From an uncultured delta proteobacterium (GTDB lineage: Bacteria; Desulfobacterota; Desulfomonilia; UBA1062): a DNA stretch of 64,000 bases. Location of the stretch: contig CAVVYZ010000030.1 of NCBI GenBank assembly GCA_963752595.1, forward strand, positions 64,001-128,000. Direction: 5' to 3'. The notes beneath the pieces were generated by a model. The model had not been told where the DNA came from, made no database searches, and saw only the letters and a list, made by a program, of their open reading frames with translations. Every line of letters begins with the position of its first letter. The first letter of the stretch is position 1. This document shows, in pieces, positions 21,966-33,589 of this stretch. The translations under genes and the position numbers were made by a program.

Positions 21966-22979
21966 TTAAAGGTTTTTTTTAGCAAATTCCTCGTATTCGA
22001 GCACATCTTCTTTCGAGCCTATGATGAGGGGGACCCGCTGGTGCAGCGATGTGGGCTTAATATTAAGGATTCTCTCGTACCCTGTGGAAGCATATCCTCC
22101 TGCCTGCTCGGCAACGAATGCCAGCGGGTTGGCCTCATAAAGGAGCCTGAGCTTGCCGGTGGGCTTTTTCGGGTCCTTAGTGTCTTCGGGATAGAGGAAG
22201 ATCCCGCCCTTGAGGAGGTTCCGGTGAAAATCCGCCACGAGAGAGCCGATGTAGCGCGATGAATAGGGCTTTTTGGTCTTGTTCTTCTCTGACTTGAGAT
22301 AGTCGATGTATTCGCGGGTTCCGCTTTTCCAGTAGGTGCAGTTGCCTTCGTTGGTGCTGTAGATCTTTCCCCGGGAGGGCATCTTGATATCGGGATGGGA
22401 AAGGATGAACTCGCCCACGCTCGGGTCGAGGCTGAAGCAGTTAACCCCGTTTCCTGTCGTATATACGAGATTCAGGCTGGAGCTGTAGATGATGTAGCCT
22501 GCACCGAAGAGCTTGCAGCCCGGCTGGAGGCAGTCATCCAGGATGCCGTCCTCGCCGTCGGAAGCGCGCTTGTAGATGCCGAAGATCGTTCCGATGGATA
22601 CGTTGACATCGATATTTGATGAGCCGTCCAGGGGGTCGAACATGACTACATAGTCCCCCTTCGGGTGCTCCTTGGGGATGGCGATGAATTCTTTCTCTTC
22701 CTCGGAGGCCATGATGCATACCTTACCGATGTAGTTGAGCGCGTTGATGAAGACTTTATTGGCATATACATCGAGTTTCTGGACCTCTTCGCCCTGGACA
22801 TTCTTCTGGCCGGTCCTTCCCAGGATGTCTTCGATGAGCCCTGCATGGGCGACCTGGGCAGACACCACCTTGGCTGCAAATACGATCTGGCTCAAGATGG
22901 AGCTGAAATCGCCCTTGCCTCCATAACGGCTCTGTTCACTCATGATGAATCGGTCCAGAGAGATAATGTTATCGTTCAT
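21966..22979 (-). CDS. fbp: class 1 fructose-1,6-bisphosphatase
   Basis: NVQGEEVQKLD, FDPLDGSSNID, RYIGSLVADFHR, GKLRLLYEANP. Confidence 0.97.
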   Translation of the reverse strand: MNDNIISLDRFIMSEQSRYGGKGDFSSILSQIVFAAKVVSAQVAHAGLIEDILGRTGQKNVQGEEVQKLDVYANKVFINALNYIGKVCIMASEEEKEFIAIPKEHPKGDYVVMFDPLDGSSNIDVNVSIGTIFGIYKRASDGEDGILDDCLQPGCKLFGAGYIIYSSSLNLVYTTGNGVNCFSLDPSVGEFILSHPDIKMPSRGKIYSTNEGNCTYWKSGTREYIDYLKSEKNKTKKPYSSRYIGSLVADFHRNLLKGGIFLYPEDTKDPKKPTGKLRLLYEANPLAFVAEQAGGYASTGYERILNIKPTSLHQRVPLIIGSKEDVLEYEEFAKKNL

Positions 22980-23126
22980 AGTTCCTCCCCAAGTATACAG
23001 GTATGAATATATGGTGATTCCGTGATCTCAAGCAATGATACCACTGAAAGGAAAGAGAAATCAAGGCGATGTCGCTCCTCTCAGACGTTATTTTTCCTGT
23101 GAGGGGGATGTGAGATAAAAAAAGCA

Positions 23127-23158
23127 TTGACACAGGCATCGTTTCTATATATAGAAAC
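23127..23158 (+). promoter_or_regulatory. sigma-70-type trp promoter with overlapping palindrome
   Basis: TTGACA at 23127, -10 TATAGA at 23150 (17 nt spacer); perfect palindrome GTTTCTATATATAGAAAC at 23141-23158. Confidence 0.6.
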
Positions 23159-23163
23159 ATATT

Positions 23164-23253
23164 ATGAATACTTACCTCCCACCATTCACTATCCTGACTA
23201 CCCGCTGGTGGTGGCGAATCAGAAGAGATGGTGCGGTTGGAGGTTTGCCCTAG
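23164..23253 (+). CDS. trpL: trp operon leader peptide (29 aa, three tandem Trp)
   Basis: Reads MNTYLPPFTILTTRWWWRIRRDGAVGGLP*; TGG TGG TGG at 23206-23214; followed by a terminator before trpE. Confidence 0.88.
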   Translation: MNTYLPPFTILTTRWWWRIRRDGAVGGLP

Positions 23254-23280
23254 AGTAATTCTGATTGGTCAAGCAGTTGG

Positions 23281-23320
23281 AAAGCGGCAAGCTTCTTAAG
23301 ATAAGCTTGCCGCTTTTTTT
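23281..23320 (+). terminator. trp attenuator (intrinsic terminator)
   Basis: AAAGCGGCAAGCTT-loop-AAGCTTGCCGCTTT followed by a T tract, ending 18 nt before the trpE ATG. Confidence 0.92.
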
Positions 23321-23338
23321 ATTCGGAAAGGGGACGAG

Positions 23339-24733
23339 ATGGAAACGATTCGGATTTTCCGGGACGTCAAAGGACCGGGGCGTAGTAGATCAAGAAGAGG
23401 CTTGCCTGCGATACGCTCACCCCGGTGCAGACCTACTGGGCAGTGGTGGGTGAAGGGCAGGGGTTTCTGCTGGAGTCCATCCCCGGATCGTACAGCTTTC
23501 TCGGCAGGTTTTCAGAGCCCAAGATCCTGACCATCCACGAAGAGGACGACCCCTGGTCCAGGATGCCTCTTCGGGGAAGCGATCTCTCCTTTGACAGGAC
23601 GGTCTGCCTCCCTTTATCGGGGGGTATGTCGGGTATCTTGGGTATGATCTGGTACGAGGGCATCGAGAGGCTTCCCCGACCGGCCGATCCCGTCCGGGTT
23701 CCCGGACGTCCGAGCTCGGGTTAGTCGACACCCTCATGGTGTTCGACCATCTCAAGCAGTCCGTTTCCCTCATCCATACCATCCCATACCCCGGGATCAG
23801 CGATGAAAAAGCCTCATGCCGGGCGCAAGAGGCCTTTTCGGCCATCGAAGACTCTCTTTTCTCGAAGCCGCACATGCCTGCCGCCGAAGTGCCGCTCCCG
23901 GTGCACTATCAAGTCCGCCTCTCTGGATGAAACAGGACTTCATCGATGCCGTGGGCAAGGCAAAAGAGTACATCAGAGACGGCGAGATCATCCAGACGGT
24001 GCTCTCCCGCAGGCTCAAGCTCGATGCATCCTGCGATCCCTTCGACACCTACCGGCGCCTCAGGCACATCAACCCATCGCCCTACCTCTTCTACATCAAC
24101 TTTGAGGATGTGACGCTCGTCGGCTCGTCTCCCGAGGTCATGGTCAAGCTCAAGGGTGATACCATCACCTCGCTTCCCATTGCCGGCACCAGGCCCAGGG
24201 GAAAAAGCGAGGAGGAGGATGAAAGCTCCTGCCGCAGATCTCATGACAGACGGAAAGGAGCGGGCCGAGCACCTGATGCTTCTGGATCTGGCGAGAAACG
24301 ATGTGGGCAGGGTCTCCAGGCCCGGGAGCGTGAAGGTCACATCCCGGGAGATCGTGAAGATGTATTCCCATGTCATGCACATCGTCTCCTGTGTGGAGGG
24401 GGAGAAGAGGCCTGAGCTGAGCGAACACCGATGTCCTCAAGGCGTGCTTCCCGGCAGGGACGGTTTCCGGGGCCCCCAAGGTGAGGGCCATGGAGATCAT
24501 CGACGAACTCGAAGGGCATGTGCAGGGGGCCCTATGCAGGTGCAGTGGGCTACCTGTCCTTCAACGGCGACATCGACACGGGCATCGCCATCCGCACGAT
24601 CTTCATCAGGGACAGGAAGTTCTTCGTACAGGCCGGGGCCGGGATCGTCTGGGACTCGGTGCCCGAAAACGAGCTCAGGGAGATCGACAACAAGCTGAGG
24701 GTCTTGAGCACGGCCCTGGGAGGCATGGCATGA
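23339..24733 (+). CDS. trpE: anthranilate synthase component I; multiple frameshifts
   Basis: [63 protein letters not shown] spread across frames. Confidence 0.93.
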
Positions 24734-25314
24734 TCCTCATGATCGACAATTTCGACTCTTTTACCTACAACCTGGTCCAGGGTTTCGAGTCCATGGGCGA
24801 AGAGGTTGGCGGTATACCGGAACGATGCGATCGACATCGAATGCCATCGAAGAGATGTCCCCTCCGGGATCATCATCTCGCCGGGGCCGGGCTCGCCGAA
24901 ATCAGCAGGGATATCGCGTCGAGGTGATCAAACGGATTCTATCAGGAAATTCCCATCTTCGGGGTGTGCCTCGGGCATCAGTGCATCGCGGAGGCCTTCG
25001 GCGGCCGGATAGTCCATGCAGACAGGGTCATGCACGGAAAGTTCTCCCCCATCAGCCATGACGGCACAGATCTCTTCGACGGGCTTCCCCAGGGTTCCGT
25101 GCGGTCAGGTACCATTCGCTGGCCGTGGACAGAGGCTACGCTTCCCGGCGGGATCCGTGTATGTGCCGTTTCGGATGACGGTGAGATCATGGGCATGCAG
25201 GCATGAACAGTTTCCCGCTCTTCGGCGTCCAGTTCCATCCGGAATCCATCGCCACGGAACATGGAGACGATATTATGAGACAATTTCATTGCAGAAAACA
25301 AAGGAGGCGTATGA
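24730..25314 (+). CDS. trpG: anthranilate synthase component II (glutamine amidotransferase); frameshifted
   Basis: [39 protein letters not shown]. Confidence 0.92.
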
Positions 25315-26304
25315 AAGATTTCATCGAAAAGCTCATTTCCGGACAAGATTTGAGCGAAGACGAAATGGAAAAGGCCTTTGACATGATCATGTCGGGCAGG
25401 CCAACGATATCCAGATCGGAGCGATTTCTCATAGCGCTGCGGGCAAAGGGCGAGAGGCCTTCGGAAATCGCATCTGCGGCCCGCATCATGCGGGACAAGG
25501 CTCTGCAGGCGTCACGTGGATTTCGACGTCGTGGATACCTGCGGAACAGGCGGGGACGGCGCATCGACCTTCAATATCTCCACGGCCGTGGCCTTTGTCC
25601 TTGCCGGCGCAGGGCACAAGGTGGCAAAGCACGGAAACCGATCGGTCAGCTCCTCGTCCGGCAGTGCCGATTGCCTCGAGGCGCTCGGGCGTGCCCATCG
25701 ATCTCGACCCCGGACGAGGCGGCGAAAGCGTTGAAGGAAGGGGCTTTGCCTTCATGTTCGCGCCCGAGATACCATCCGAGCATGAAGTACGCCATGCCGG
25801 CCAGGAAACAGCTCGGCATGAAGACCATATTCAATATCCTGGGGCCCTTGACAAACCCGGCAGGTGCGGCATATCAGGTCATCGGCGTTTTCAGAAGGAT
25901 CTTGTCGACCCCATCATCGAGGTGCTGAGGATCCTGGGCTTGAAAGGGGCCATGGTGGTCCATTCCGGGCTCGATGAGGTATCCATATCCGGACGTCACC
26001 CAGGTATGCAAGGCTTGTCGACGGCAGGATTGAAAAAGGGCAGATCAGGCCGGAAGATGCAGGATTTACGCCAAAGCCCATGGATGAGCTGAAGGTGATG
26101 GACCCACAAGAATCGGCTCGGCGTATCGAAGCGATATTCAGCGGGACTTTCAAGGGGGCCTGCCTGGAAAGCATCCTGATCAATGCAGGGGCAGCCTTCA
26201 TGGCGCTTGACCCTACGACCGATATCCGGGAGGGCGTGCTTAAAGCATCCAGGGTCATCACAAGCGGTGATGCGCTCCAGGCGCTCCAGAGGGCGAGACA
26301 GTAG
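25311..26304 (+). CDS. trpD: anthranilate phosphoribosyltransferase; frameshifted
   Basis: [49 protein letters not shown]. Confidence 0.92.
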
Positions 26305-27041
26305 TGGACTTCCTGAAGCACATGTATCAGTTATCCCGGCAGCGGGCAGCCGCTATGGACCAGTACAGGCAGGCTGTTCCTGCTACTTCCCGGTCATTGA
26401 AAGACGCCCTTCACGACATGGCAATTATTGCGGAGGTGAAGTACGCCACCCCTGTCGAAGGGGATCTGGGGATCACGAAGAAGCCGTCGGAGCTGGCAGC
26501 AGAATACGAAGCTATTGGTGCAGCGGCCATATCCTGCCTCACTGAGCCTTCATTCTTTGCGGGAAGCATGAAATATCTTGGTGAGGTCAGGAGCGCCTGC
26601 AGCCTTCCCATCCTCATGAAGGACTTTATCGTGGATGAGCGGCAGATCCGTTCGGGAAGATCCTTGGGCGCCGATGCCTTCCTTCTCATCACTGAGATGC
26701 TCTCCAATGAAGAGCTTTCAAGGCTCTATGCCTGCGGCCAAGACCTGGGTATGGACTGCCTCGTAGAGATCCACAGCCTCCAGGGGCTGGAAAAGGCTGC
26801 TCGCATAGGTGCACAAATAGTGGGGGTGAACGTGAGGGACCTAACTACGCTGAAAGTCGTCCCGGAAAGGCATGAAGAGATGATCGGGTTGCTTCCGAAA
26901 GGGGCGGTCAAGGTGGCCGAAAGCGGCATCTCCTCGGGCAGAAGGCTCGAGGAGCTGAAAAAGGTCGGGTATGACGCGGCGCTCATCGGCCGGGCCATGG
27001 TCAGGCAGGAGACGCGTAAGGAGCTGTTCGGATGTGGGTGA
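26304..27041 (+). CDS. trpC: indole-3-glycerol phosphate synthase
   Basis: IIAEVK, AISCLTE, PILMKDF, GVNVRDL, VAESGI. Confidence 0.93.
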   Translation: MDFLKHMYQLSRQRAAAMDQYRQAVPATSRSLKDALHDMAIIAEVKYATPVEGDLGITKKPSELAAEYEAIGAAAISCLTEPSFFAGSMKYLGEVRSACSLPILMKDFIVDERQIRSGRSLGADAFLLITEMLSNEELSRLYACGQDLGMDCLVEIHSLQGLEKAARIGAQIVGVNVRDLTTLKVVPERHEEMIGLLPKGAVKVAESGISSGRRLEELKKVGYDAALIGRAMVRQETRKELFGCG

Positions 27042-27595
27042 AGATCTGCGGCATCACGCGATATGAGGATGCCTGTACGGCCTGTGAAGCGGGGGCCGAT
27101 GCGATCGGGTTCGTGCTCACCCGGAGCAGGAGAAGGGTCGATCCCGCTCTCGTGGATGCATGGATCCATAGGATAACAGGGGTTGAAAAGGTCGGCGTGT
27201 TTATGGATGAAGATCCGGGATACATCCTGGAAACAGCGAAGATGCTCGGACTTCATACCATCCAGCTGCATGTACCTTTAAGTCCCGGGCACAGGATACT
27301 CTTTGAAAGATTCGAGATGATTTACGCGGTTAAAAGACTTGACGGGCTTCCGATGCCTAAAGAGTTTCCCTGCCGGATTCTGTTCGATCCGAGCACGGGT
27401 ACGGGCAAGGCCGGCACCTGGAGGCCCTATGATATCCCCTACATCCTTGCAGGCGGCCTCACCCCGGAAAATGTTCGGCAGGCCATTCTCCAGGCAGGGC
27501 CTGCAGGGGTGGACGTAAGCTCCGGGGTCGAATCGTCGCCCGGAATAAAAGATGCGGAAAGAATCAGGAAGTTCATACAGGAGGCAAAGGCATGA
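27032..27595 (+). CDS. trpF: phosphoribosylanthranilate isomerase
   Basis: [27 protein letters not shown]. Confidence 0.95.
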   Translation: MWVKICGITRYEDACTACEAGADAIGFVLTRSRRRVDPALVDAWIHRITGVEKVGVFMDEDPGYILETAKMLGLHTIQLHVPLSPGHRILFERFEMIYAVKRLDGLPMPKEFPCRILFDPSTGTGKAGTWRPYDIPYILAGGLTPENVRQAILQAGPAGVDVSSGVESSPGIKDAERIRKFIQEAKA

Positions 27596-28743
27596 AAGGC
27601 TATTTCGGAGAATTCGGCGGCCAGTACGTTCCGGAAACGCTGCTTCCGGCACTGGTGGAGCTTGAAGAGGCGTTTACGGCTGCATCGGCGGATAAGGGAT
27701 TCTGGGACGAATTTCACGGATACATGAAAGATTATGTGGGCAGGCCGACGCCCCTTACCCACGTAAAGAGGCTCTCCGACCACCTGGGCATCGAGGTATG
27801 GCTCAAGCGGGAAGATCTGAACCACACCGGCTCGCACAAGATCAATAACGCCTTAGGCCAGATCCTGCTGGCTTCAAGGATGAACAAAAAGAGGATCATC
27901 GCCGAGACAGGGGCAGGCCAGCACGGGGTCGCCACAGCCACGGCCTGCGCGCTCTTCGGGTTTACCTGCGCTGTATATATGGGCTCCGAGGACATCGAGA
28001 GGCAGAAGATGAATGTGGAGCGCATGCGGCTCCTCGGTGCCGAGGTGGTCCCTGTCACGTCCGGGAGCGCCACTTTGAAGGATGCCACGAGCGAGGCCAT
28101 CCGGGACTGGGTGACGAACGTGGATACCACCTACTATCTCATCGGCTCCGCTATCGGACCTCACCCTTATCCGACCATAGTCCGCGAATTCCAGAAGATC
28201 ATCGGAATCGAATCCAGGTCTCAGATTCTTGAAAAGACCGGGCGTCTTCCCGATGCGGTCATTGCCTGCGTGGGCGGCGGGAGCAATGCCATCGGTATAT
28301 TCTCGGGTTTCCGGGATGATCCGGTGGAGCTCATCGGCGTCGAGGCCTATGGCGACGGAAAAACCAGGCACGGGGCCAGCATCCGTTTCGGGGTTCCCGG
28401 CGTCCTGCATGGGACACGCTCGTACCTGCTCCAGGATGAGGACGGCCAGGTCCTTGAGACCCATTCGATATCCGCAGGGCTCGACTATCCCGGAGTGGGG
28501 CCGGAGCACAGCTTCCTCTCATCAACGAAACAGGCACGCTACGAGCTGGTGGATGATCGGCAGGCTCTGAACGCCTTCATGCTCCTGAACAGGCTTGAAG
28601 GGATCGCGCCCGCCCTGGAAAGCGCCCATGCCGTGGGTTACCTGGAACAGTATGCAAAAGAACACCCGGGCGCTACCGTGGTGGTGAATCTCTCCGGCAG
28701 GGGAGACAAGGACCTGCATACCGTTCTCAAGGAGGGTATATGA
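27592..28743 (+). CDS. trpB: tryptophan synthase beta chain
   Basis: [52 protein letters not shown]. Confidence 0.98.
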   Translation: MKGYFGEFGGQYVPETLLPALVELEEAFTAASADKGFWDEFHGYMKDYVGRPTPLTHVKRLSDHLGIEVWLKREDLNHTGSHKINNALGQILLASRMNKKRIIAETGAGQHGVATATACALFGFTCAVYMGSEDIERQKMNVERMRLLGAEVVPVTSGSATLKDATSEAIRDWVTNVDTTYYLIGSAIGPHPYPTIVREFQKIIGIESRSQILEKTGRLPDAVIACVGGGSNAIGIFSGFRDDPVELIGVEAYGDGKTRHGASIRFGVPGVLHGTRSYLLQDEDGQVLETHSISAGLDYPGVGPEHSFLSSTKQARYELVDDRQALNAFMLLNRLEGIAPALESAHAVGYLEQYAKEHPGATVVVNLSGRGDKDLHTVLKEGI

Positions 28744-29497
28744 TTACCGAAGCGATCAGGGCGAAAGAAAAGGCGATTATCCCCTACGTCACTGCAGGGC
28801 TTCCCGACCTCGATACTACCGGGGAGATCCTGAAGGCACTGGACGAAGCCGGTGCTGCAGCCATCGAGATCGGCATACCCTTTTCCGATCCCATGGCGGA
28901 CGGGCCGGTACTCCAGAAAGCCTCGCATACGGCACTCCAGGCGGGTTTCTGCATGGACGGGCTCTTGTCCCGTATGACTGAGTGGAGCTCTTCGGTGAAG
29001 GCCCCCTTGATCATCATGTCTTACATCAACCCGATCATGAGGCGGGGCATCCGCGAGACTTCGACCCGGTTCAAAGAGAGCGGCGTCCAGGGCATCATCA
29101 TCCCGGACATGCCGCTGGATGGGAGCGAGATCTATGCGTTGTGCAGGGATTCAGGCCTCGACCTCATCAGGCTCGTCGCCCCGACTACGCCTCTGCCCCG
29201 GCAGAAAGAGGTGGTGTCCCAGTGCAGCGGCTTCGTATATGCGGTCACGGTCAAAGGGCGTGACCGGTGCCAGGGCGAGCCTTCCTGCCGAGGTCCGGCA
29301 GCAGGTGTCGGACATCAAAGTCCTTCACGGACCTGCCGGTGTGCGCAGGGTTCGGGGTGTCGGATGCCGGGCAGGTGAGAGACATGCTCACCTTCGCAGA
29401 CGGCGTCATCGTTGGGAGCTACCTCATGGCACGGGTCATGGAATCTCCCCAACCGGTAAAGGCAGCACGGGAGGCATTCAGCGCCCTCATGAGCTGA
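28740..29497 (+). CDS. trpA: tryptophan synthase alpha chain; frameshifts near 29260-29320
   Basis: [37 protein letters not shown]. Confidence 0.94.
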
Positions 29498-29599
29498 GGG
29501 TTCCGGCTTTCGGAAAGGTCGGATTTCAGCAGACCACCGGGTCAGCCGTGAGTCCATATCGTTGATTCCCGGCTGTGCCGGTGGTATTCTTATGCCATC

Positions 29600-30527
29600 A
29601 TGAGATTTATATGGCGTAATCTGCCTGTGTTCTTCATCTGGTTCATAGGATTGAGCGTGCTCAATAACGCTCTGCATCACATATCCCCTCCGGTGGAAAG
29701 CGTCAGGGCACCTCTCTTTCTTTCCGCTCGCATGCTCGCTCGTACTCCTGTGGTATGCCTGTAAAAACGAGTATGACGGGCAGAGGATACCCCGGTTTTT
29801 TCTCCCCTGGGCCGCGGGTATGACAATCGTGTATCTCACCCCATTCGTGCACAGCCTTACCCTGCCTCTCGATATGAGTACCCAGCGGCTCATCTATGAA
29901 TTCAGCGCCCTTGCCCAGTTCGGGCTCCTCCTGATGCATGCACGCACCTGGTTCAAACCATGGGACTGGGTCTGGGTATTCGGCGTGACGCTTTTTTTCG
30001 GAATGATCCTGGAAAACGGAGGGATCATCCTCGGAGTTTTTTTGGAGCCCGGCTATCTTCTCTACGTACCCGGCTTGCCTGCCCCCTTGGCAACAGCGCT
30101 CGGCTGGGCGAATGTGCTCTATTGTGCATTCTTTGCCGTGGAAAGGATTCTTCCGCCCATGGCGCCCCTGGGCAGAGGGCTGGCGTGCGCCCTCATCGGG
30201 TTGTCCTTGGACATGGTTTTCGACCCTGTCGCCACGAGGGTCGGATGGTGGGTGTGGGCTCCCGCTCTGGAGGTGAAGATCTGGGAGGTCCCCATCATCA
30301 ATTTCATTGCCTGGTTCTGGGCGCTCTTCCCCTATGCTTCGGTGTATTACTGGGTGAGGGGAATGGGAAAATACGGGGAGGGAAGGAAGGTATTCTACTT
30401 TGTAGGCGGGTTTCCGGCGATCCTGACGGGAGAACTCGCAGGGGTAATCGCCACCCTTGCCCTGGTGGGAGACAGGGCAGGATTACAGGTGATACGGATA
30501 TTTTTCAGTAGTCTCGGCCTGCCATGA
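29600..30527 (+). CDS. membrane protein with CruF/DUF422 (carotenoid hydratase-like) domain; probable frameshift near 29720
   Basis: PLATALGWANVLY, DMVFDPVA, GWWVW, PIINFIAW pattern; hydrophobic upstream segment begins MRFIWRNLP at 29600 in another frame. Confidence 0.6.
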
Positions 30528-31657
30528 GTTCCTTATATAAGTTCTCATAGCTCCGGACCATCGAAGTCAGGCTGTATTGATCCATGATGCGCTGCCTCGA
30601 ACGCTTACCCAGGTCATTCCGGTAATCGGGCCCGGCCTCCATGATACGCTGCCAACCGGCACACAGTGCCCGGGGGTCCTTTTGGGGGACTACTATCCCG
30701 GTGTCGCCGACAAGGACAGCCGAGTCTCCGACATCAGTAACCACGCAGGGAACTCCGGCAGCCATGGATTCACCTATGCTGTTTGGAAGCCCCTCGCCGT
30801 ACGAAGATGAAGAAGAGATATCCAGGGCTGTAAGAAGCCTGGAGATATCAGACCGTTCTCCCAGCAGGAGAATCTGATCGGCCTTATCAATCCCTTTTAT
30901 CATCTCCTGAATCTGCGGATTTTCTTTATCAACCCCTCTGCCGGCAAGGAGGAAGAAGGTTCGGGGGTAGGATTTCAAAAGCAGCTGGACCGCTTCAAAA
31001 AACGTCTGATGGTCCTTCATGGCATCCAAGCGGGCAATGAGGCCGATCAAGAACAGCGTCCTGCGGAATGTTCAGTTGAGACCGGACGTTCAGTCGACAT
31101 TCGGGATCGGGTTTGTAAATTCCGGTATCGAATCCGTTGGGTATTGTTTCCCATCTTTTCGGGTCATACCCGAATGCCCTATGGACCTCTCTCCCGGAAT
31201 GTGAATTCGTCAGGACAGCCCCGGGCAACGATGAGAAGACAGCCCCTGCATGGACAGTCATTTTATACGTCAGGCCGTATTTATCCAAGTCCATGTATGA
31301 ACAGAGTATGCTCCAGATGAGGTGCCTTTTGTGTCCGAAGAATAAGCCCAGCAAGTTTGCATGATACATCCAGCAGTGCACGATGTCAGGATCGAATGCA
31401 CAGACGAGGCGGCCAAGGCGGGCAATGCCCCGTGGATCGGGCAGGCCTTTTTCCATATTGAGCGCATGGGTTTCCACTCCGCTGCCGATGATCTGTCTCC
31501 CTATCGGGCCTATGGTGGTCATGGAAACAGCCATGTTCCGGAACAGGGTCTTGTCCATTCCGCTGACCAGGCTGCAGAGGTTCTGCTCGCCTCCCCCGAC
31601 ATCCAGGGTGGATATGAGGTGGAGTATCCTCACGGGCTTGACGGTCCCTGTTTGCAT
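30505..31657 (-). CDS. glycosyltransferase family 4; one frameshift near 31050
   Basis: ILHLISTLDVGGGE, HCWMYHA, IPNGFD; ARLDAMKDH, EGLPNSIGESMAAGVPCVVTDVG. Confidence 0.9.
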
Positions 31658-31667
31658 GGGTAAATCC

Positions 31668-33589
31668 TCACATTGCATATCTTTGCCTGAACATCATGAA
31701 TACGAGGAGGAGCCAGACACGGTCCACGGCGACGAGCCCCTGCTGTGCTCGAAATCCCTGAACCGTATCCATGACGAAGTCCGGATCGATGTAACTCTGG
31801 GTACGGAGTGTCTCCGGGTTGAGATGTTCCTCACCATCCCCATGAGGTCATCACGGAGCCAGGAGTGGACGGGTACGGCAAAGCCCTGCTTGGGCCTTGC
31901 GAAAAGCTTTTCGGGGAGATATCGCTTCAGGATCCTTTTCAGAAGGTATTTTGTCTCGCCGGAGCGGTATTTGTATTCCAGGGGAAGGGCAAGGGCAAAC
32001 TCCACGATCCGGTGGTCCAGGAACGGGTCCCTGCCTTCGAGGCCGTTGAACATGGTGGCCCGGTCCACCTTGGTGAGGATGTCTTCCGGGAGGTAATATT
32101 TCATGTCCCAGAGCATCATGGACATCCATGAAGGGGGAGGGATGTATCCAGGGGCGGCCTGGGGTCATGGTAGGCCCCGTGAGACGGCTCGACTTCCCGG
32201 GGCAGCCAGTATCCCACGGCATAGGGGTAGGCACTCGATGCGGATCCCTTCCCAGTTCGAGAGAACGGCCTGGAGCTTCCTCATCCGGTCCCTGATGGCG
32301 GGGAGTCTTAGTTTCGGGAGATGCCTGCGAAAGCGGAAGCAATCCTGTCACTCCCCAACGGCTCATCATACCTGCCGGCCGTCCTGGGACAGAGCAGTGG
32401 GGAGGAGAGAGAGGAACCTGTCGAGCCTGTTCATGACCCAGTACCGGTGATAGCCGCAGAACAGCTCGTCACCGCCGTCGGCAGACAGGCTCACCTTCAC
32501 GTGCTTCGCGGTCATCCGGGATACGATAGTCGTGGGGATGCCGGAGATGTCGCCGAAGGGTTCGTCATAGATCTCGGGCCACAGGGGTAGGATCTCCTTG
32601 CGTGGTCCGGGGTGACGATCTCCAAGGTGTGCTCGGTGCCGAGATGCTCGGCTACAGCCTGGCCCAGCGGGACTCGTCGTAGTTCTTCTCGTTGAATCCG
32701 ATGGTGAAGGTCTTGACCCGGGTGTCGGTATGCCTGGCGAGGATCGCGGTCACCAGAGACGAGTCGATGCCGCCCGAGAGGAAGACGCCCACGGGTACAT
32801 CCGCGATGAGCCGTTTCGTGAAGGCATCGATGAGGATCTCCTCGAGCCTGTCCGTAATGCGTCTTCATTACCGTTAGGCAGGTTCGCCCCGGGAGAATTC
32901 CGAGGCATCCCAGTACCGGCGGTGTTCGATGTCGAGTCGCCTCGATTCACCCTGATCCAGCAGCCGGGTTCGAGCTTGGAGACTTTAAGGTAGATGGATC
33001 TCTGGCCAGCGATGTAGCCGTAGTGGAAGAACTCGCCCAGAGGCATCTCTGTCGATCTGCAGCTCGATGCCGGGCATGCATGGATGGCCTTGAGCTCGGA
33101 GGCAAAGGCGAAGATGCCGCGGTCGCGGATAGAAGTACAGCGGCTTGATCCCCATGCGGTCGCGGAACAGGAAGAGCACTTTATCGCGTGCGTCCCAGAC
33201 CGCAAAGGCAAACATGCCAATGAAGCGCTCCACGCAGGACGGCCCCCAGGCCGACGAAGGCGTTGAGCACCACCTCGGTATCCGAGGTCCCACGGAATAC
33301 GATATCCCTTTGTCTGCGAGCTCTTCCCTGATCTCCCGATAGTTGTAGACCTCGCCGTTATAGGAGATGGTAGAACGCTGTCCTCCTGGTGGACATGGGC
33401 TGGCTGGCCCGTCGGGGTGAGGTCGATGATGGAGAGCCTGCGATGACCGAAGGCGATACCCGCCGACCTATCTATGAATATACCGGCATCGTCGGGCCCC
33501 CCTCGGATCATGGTGTCCCGGCAGATACTGCAGCTCCCTTCAAGATCGACCGAAGGGCTTTTATTCCAGATGCCTACGATTCTGCACAT
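31668..33589 (-). CDS. AsnB-type glutamine amidotransferase (copy 1); many frameshifts
   Basis: MCRIVG, RGGPDD, GHRRLSIIDL, RDRMGIKPLY, FASELKA, YLPEDILTKVDRATM, PFLDH, RPKQGF. Confidence 0.88.

Noticed and set aside
23339-26304. trpE/G/D as pseudogenes or programmed frameshift genes
   Set aside because: Motifs intact, trpCFB and the attenuator intact, no consistent slippery sites; errors are more likely
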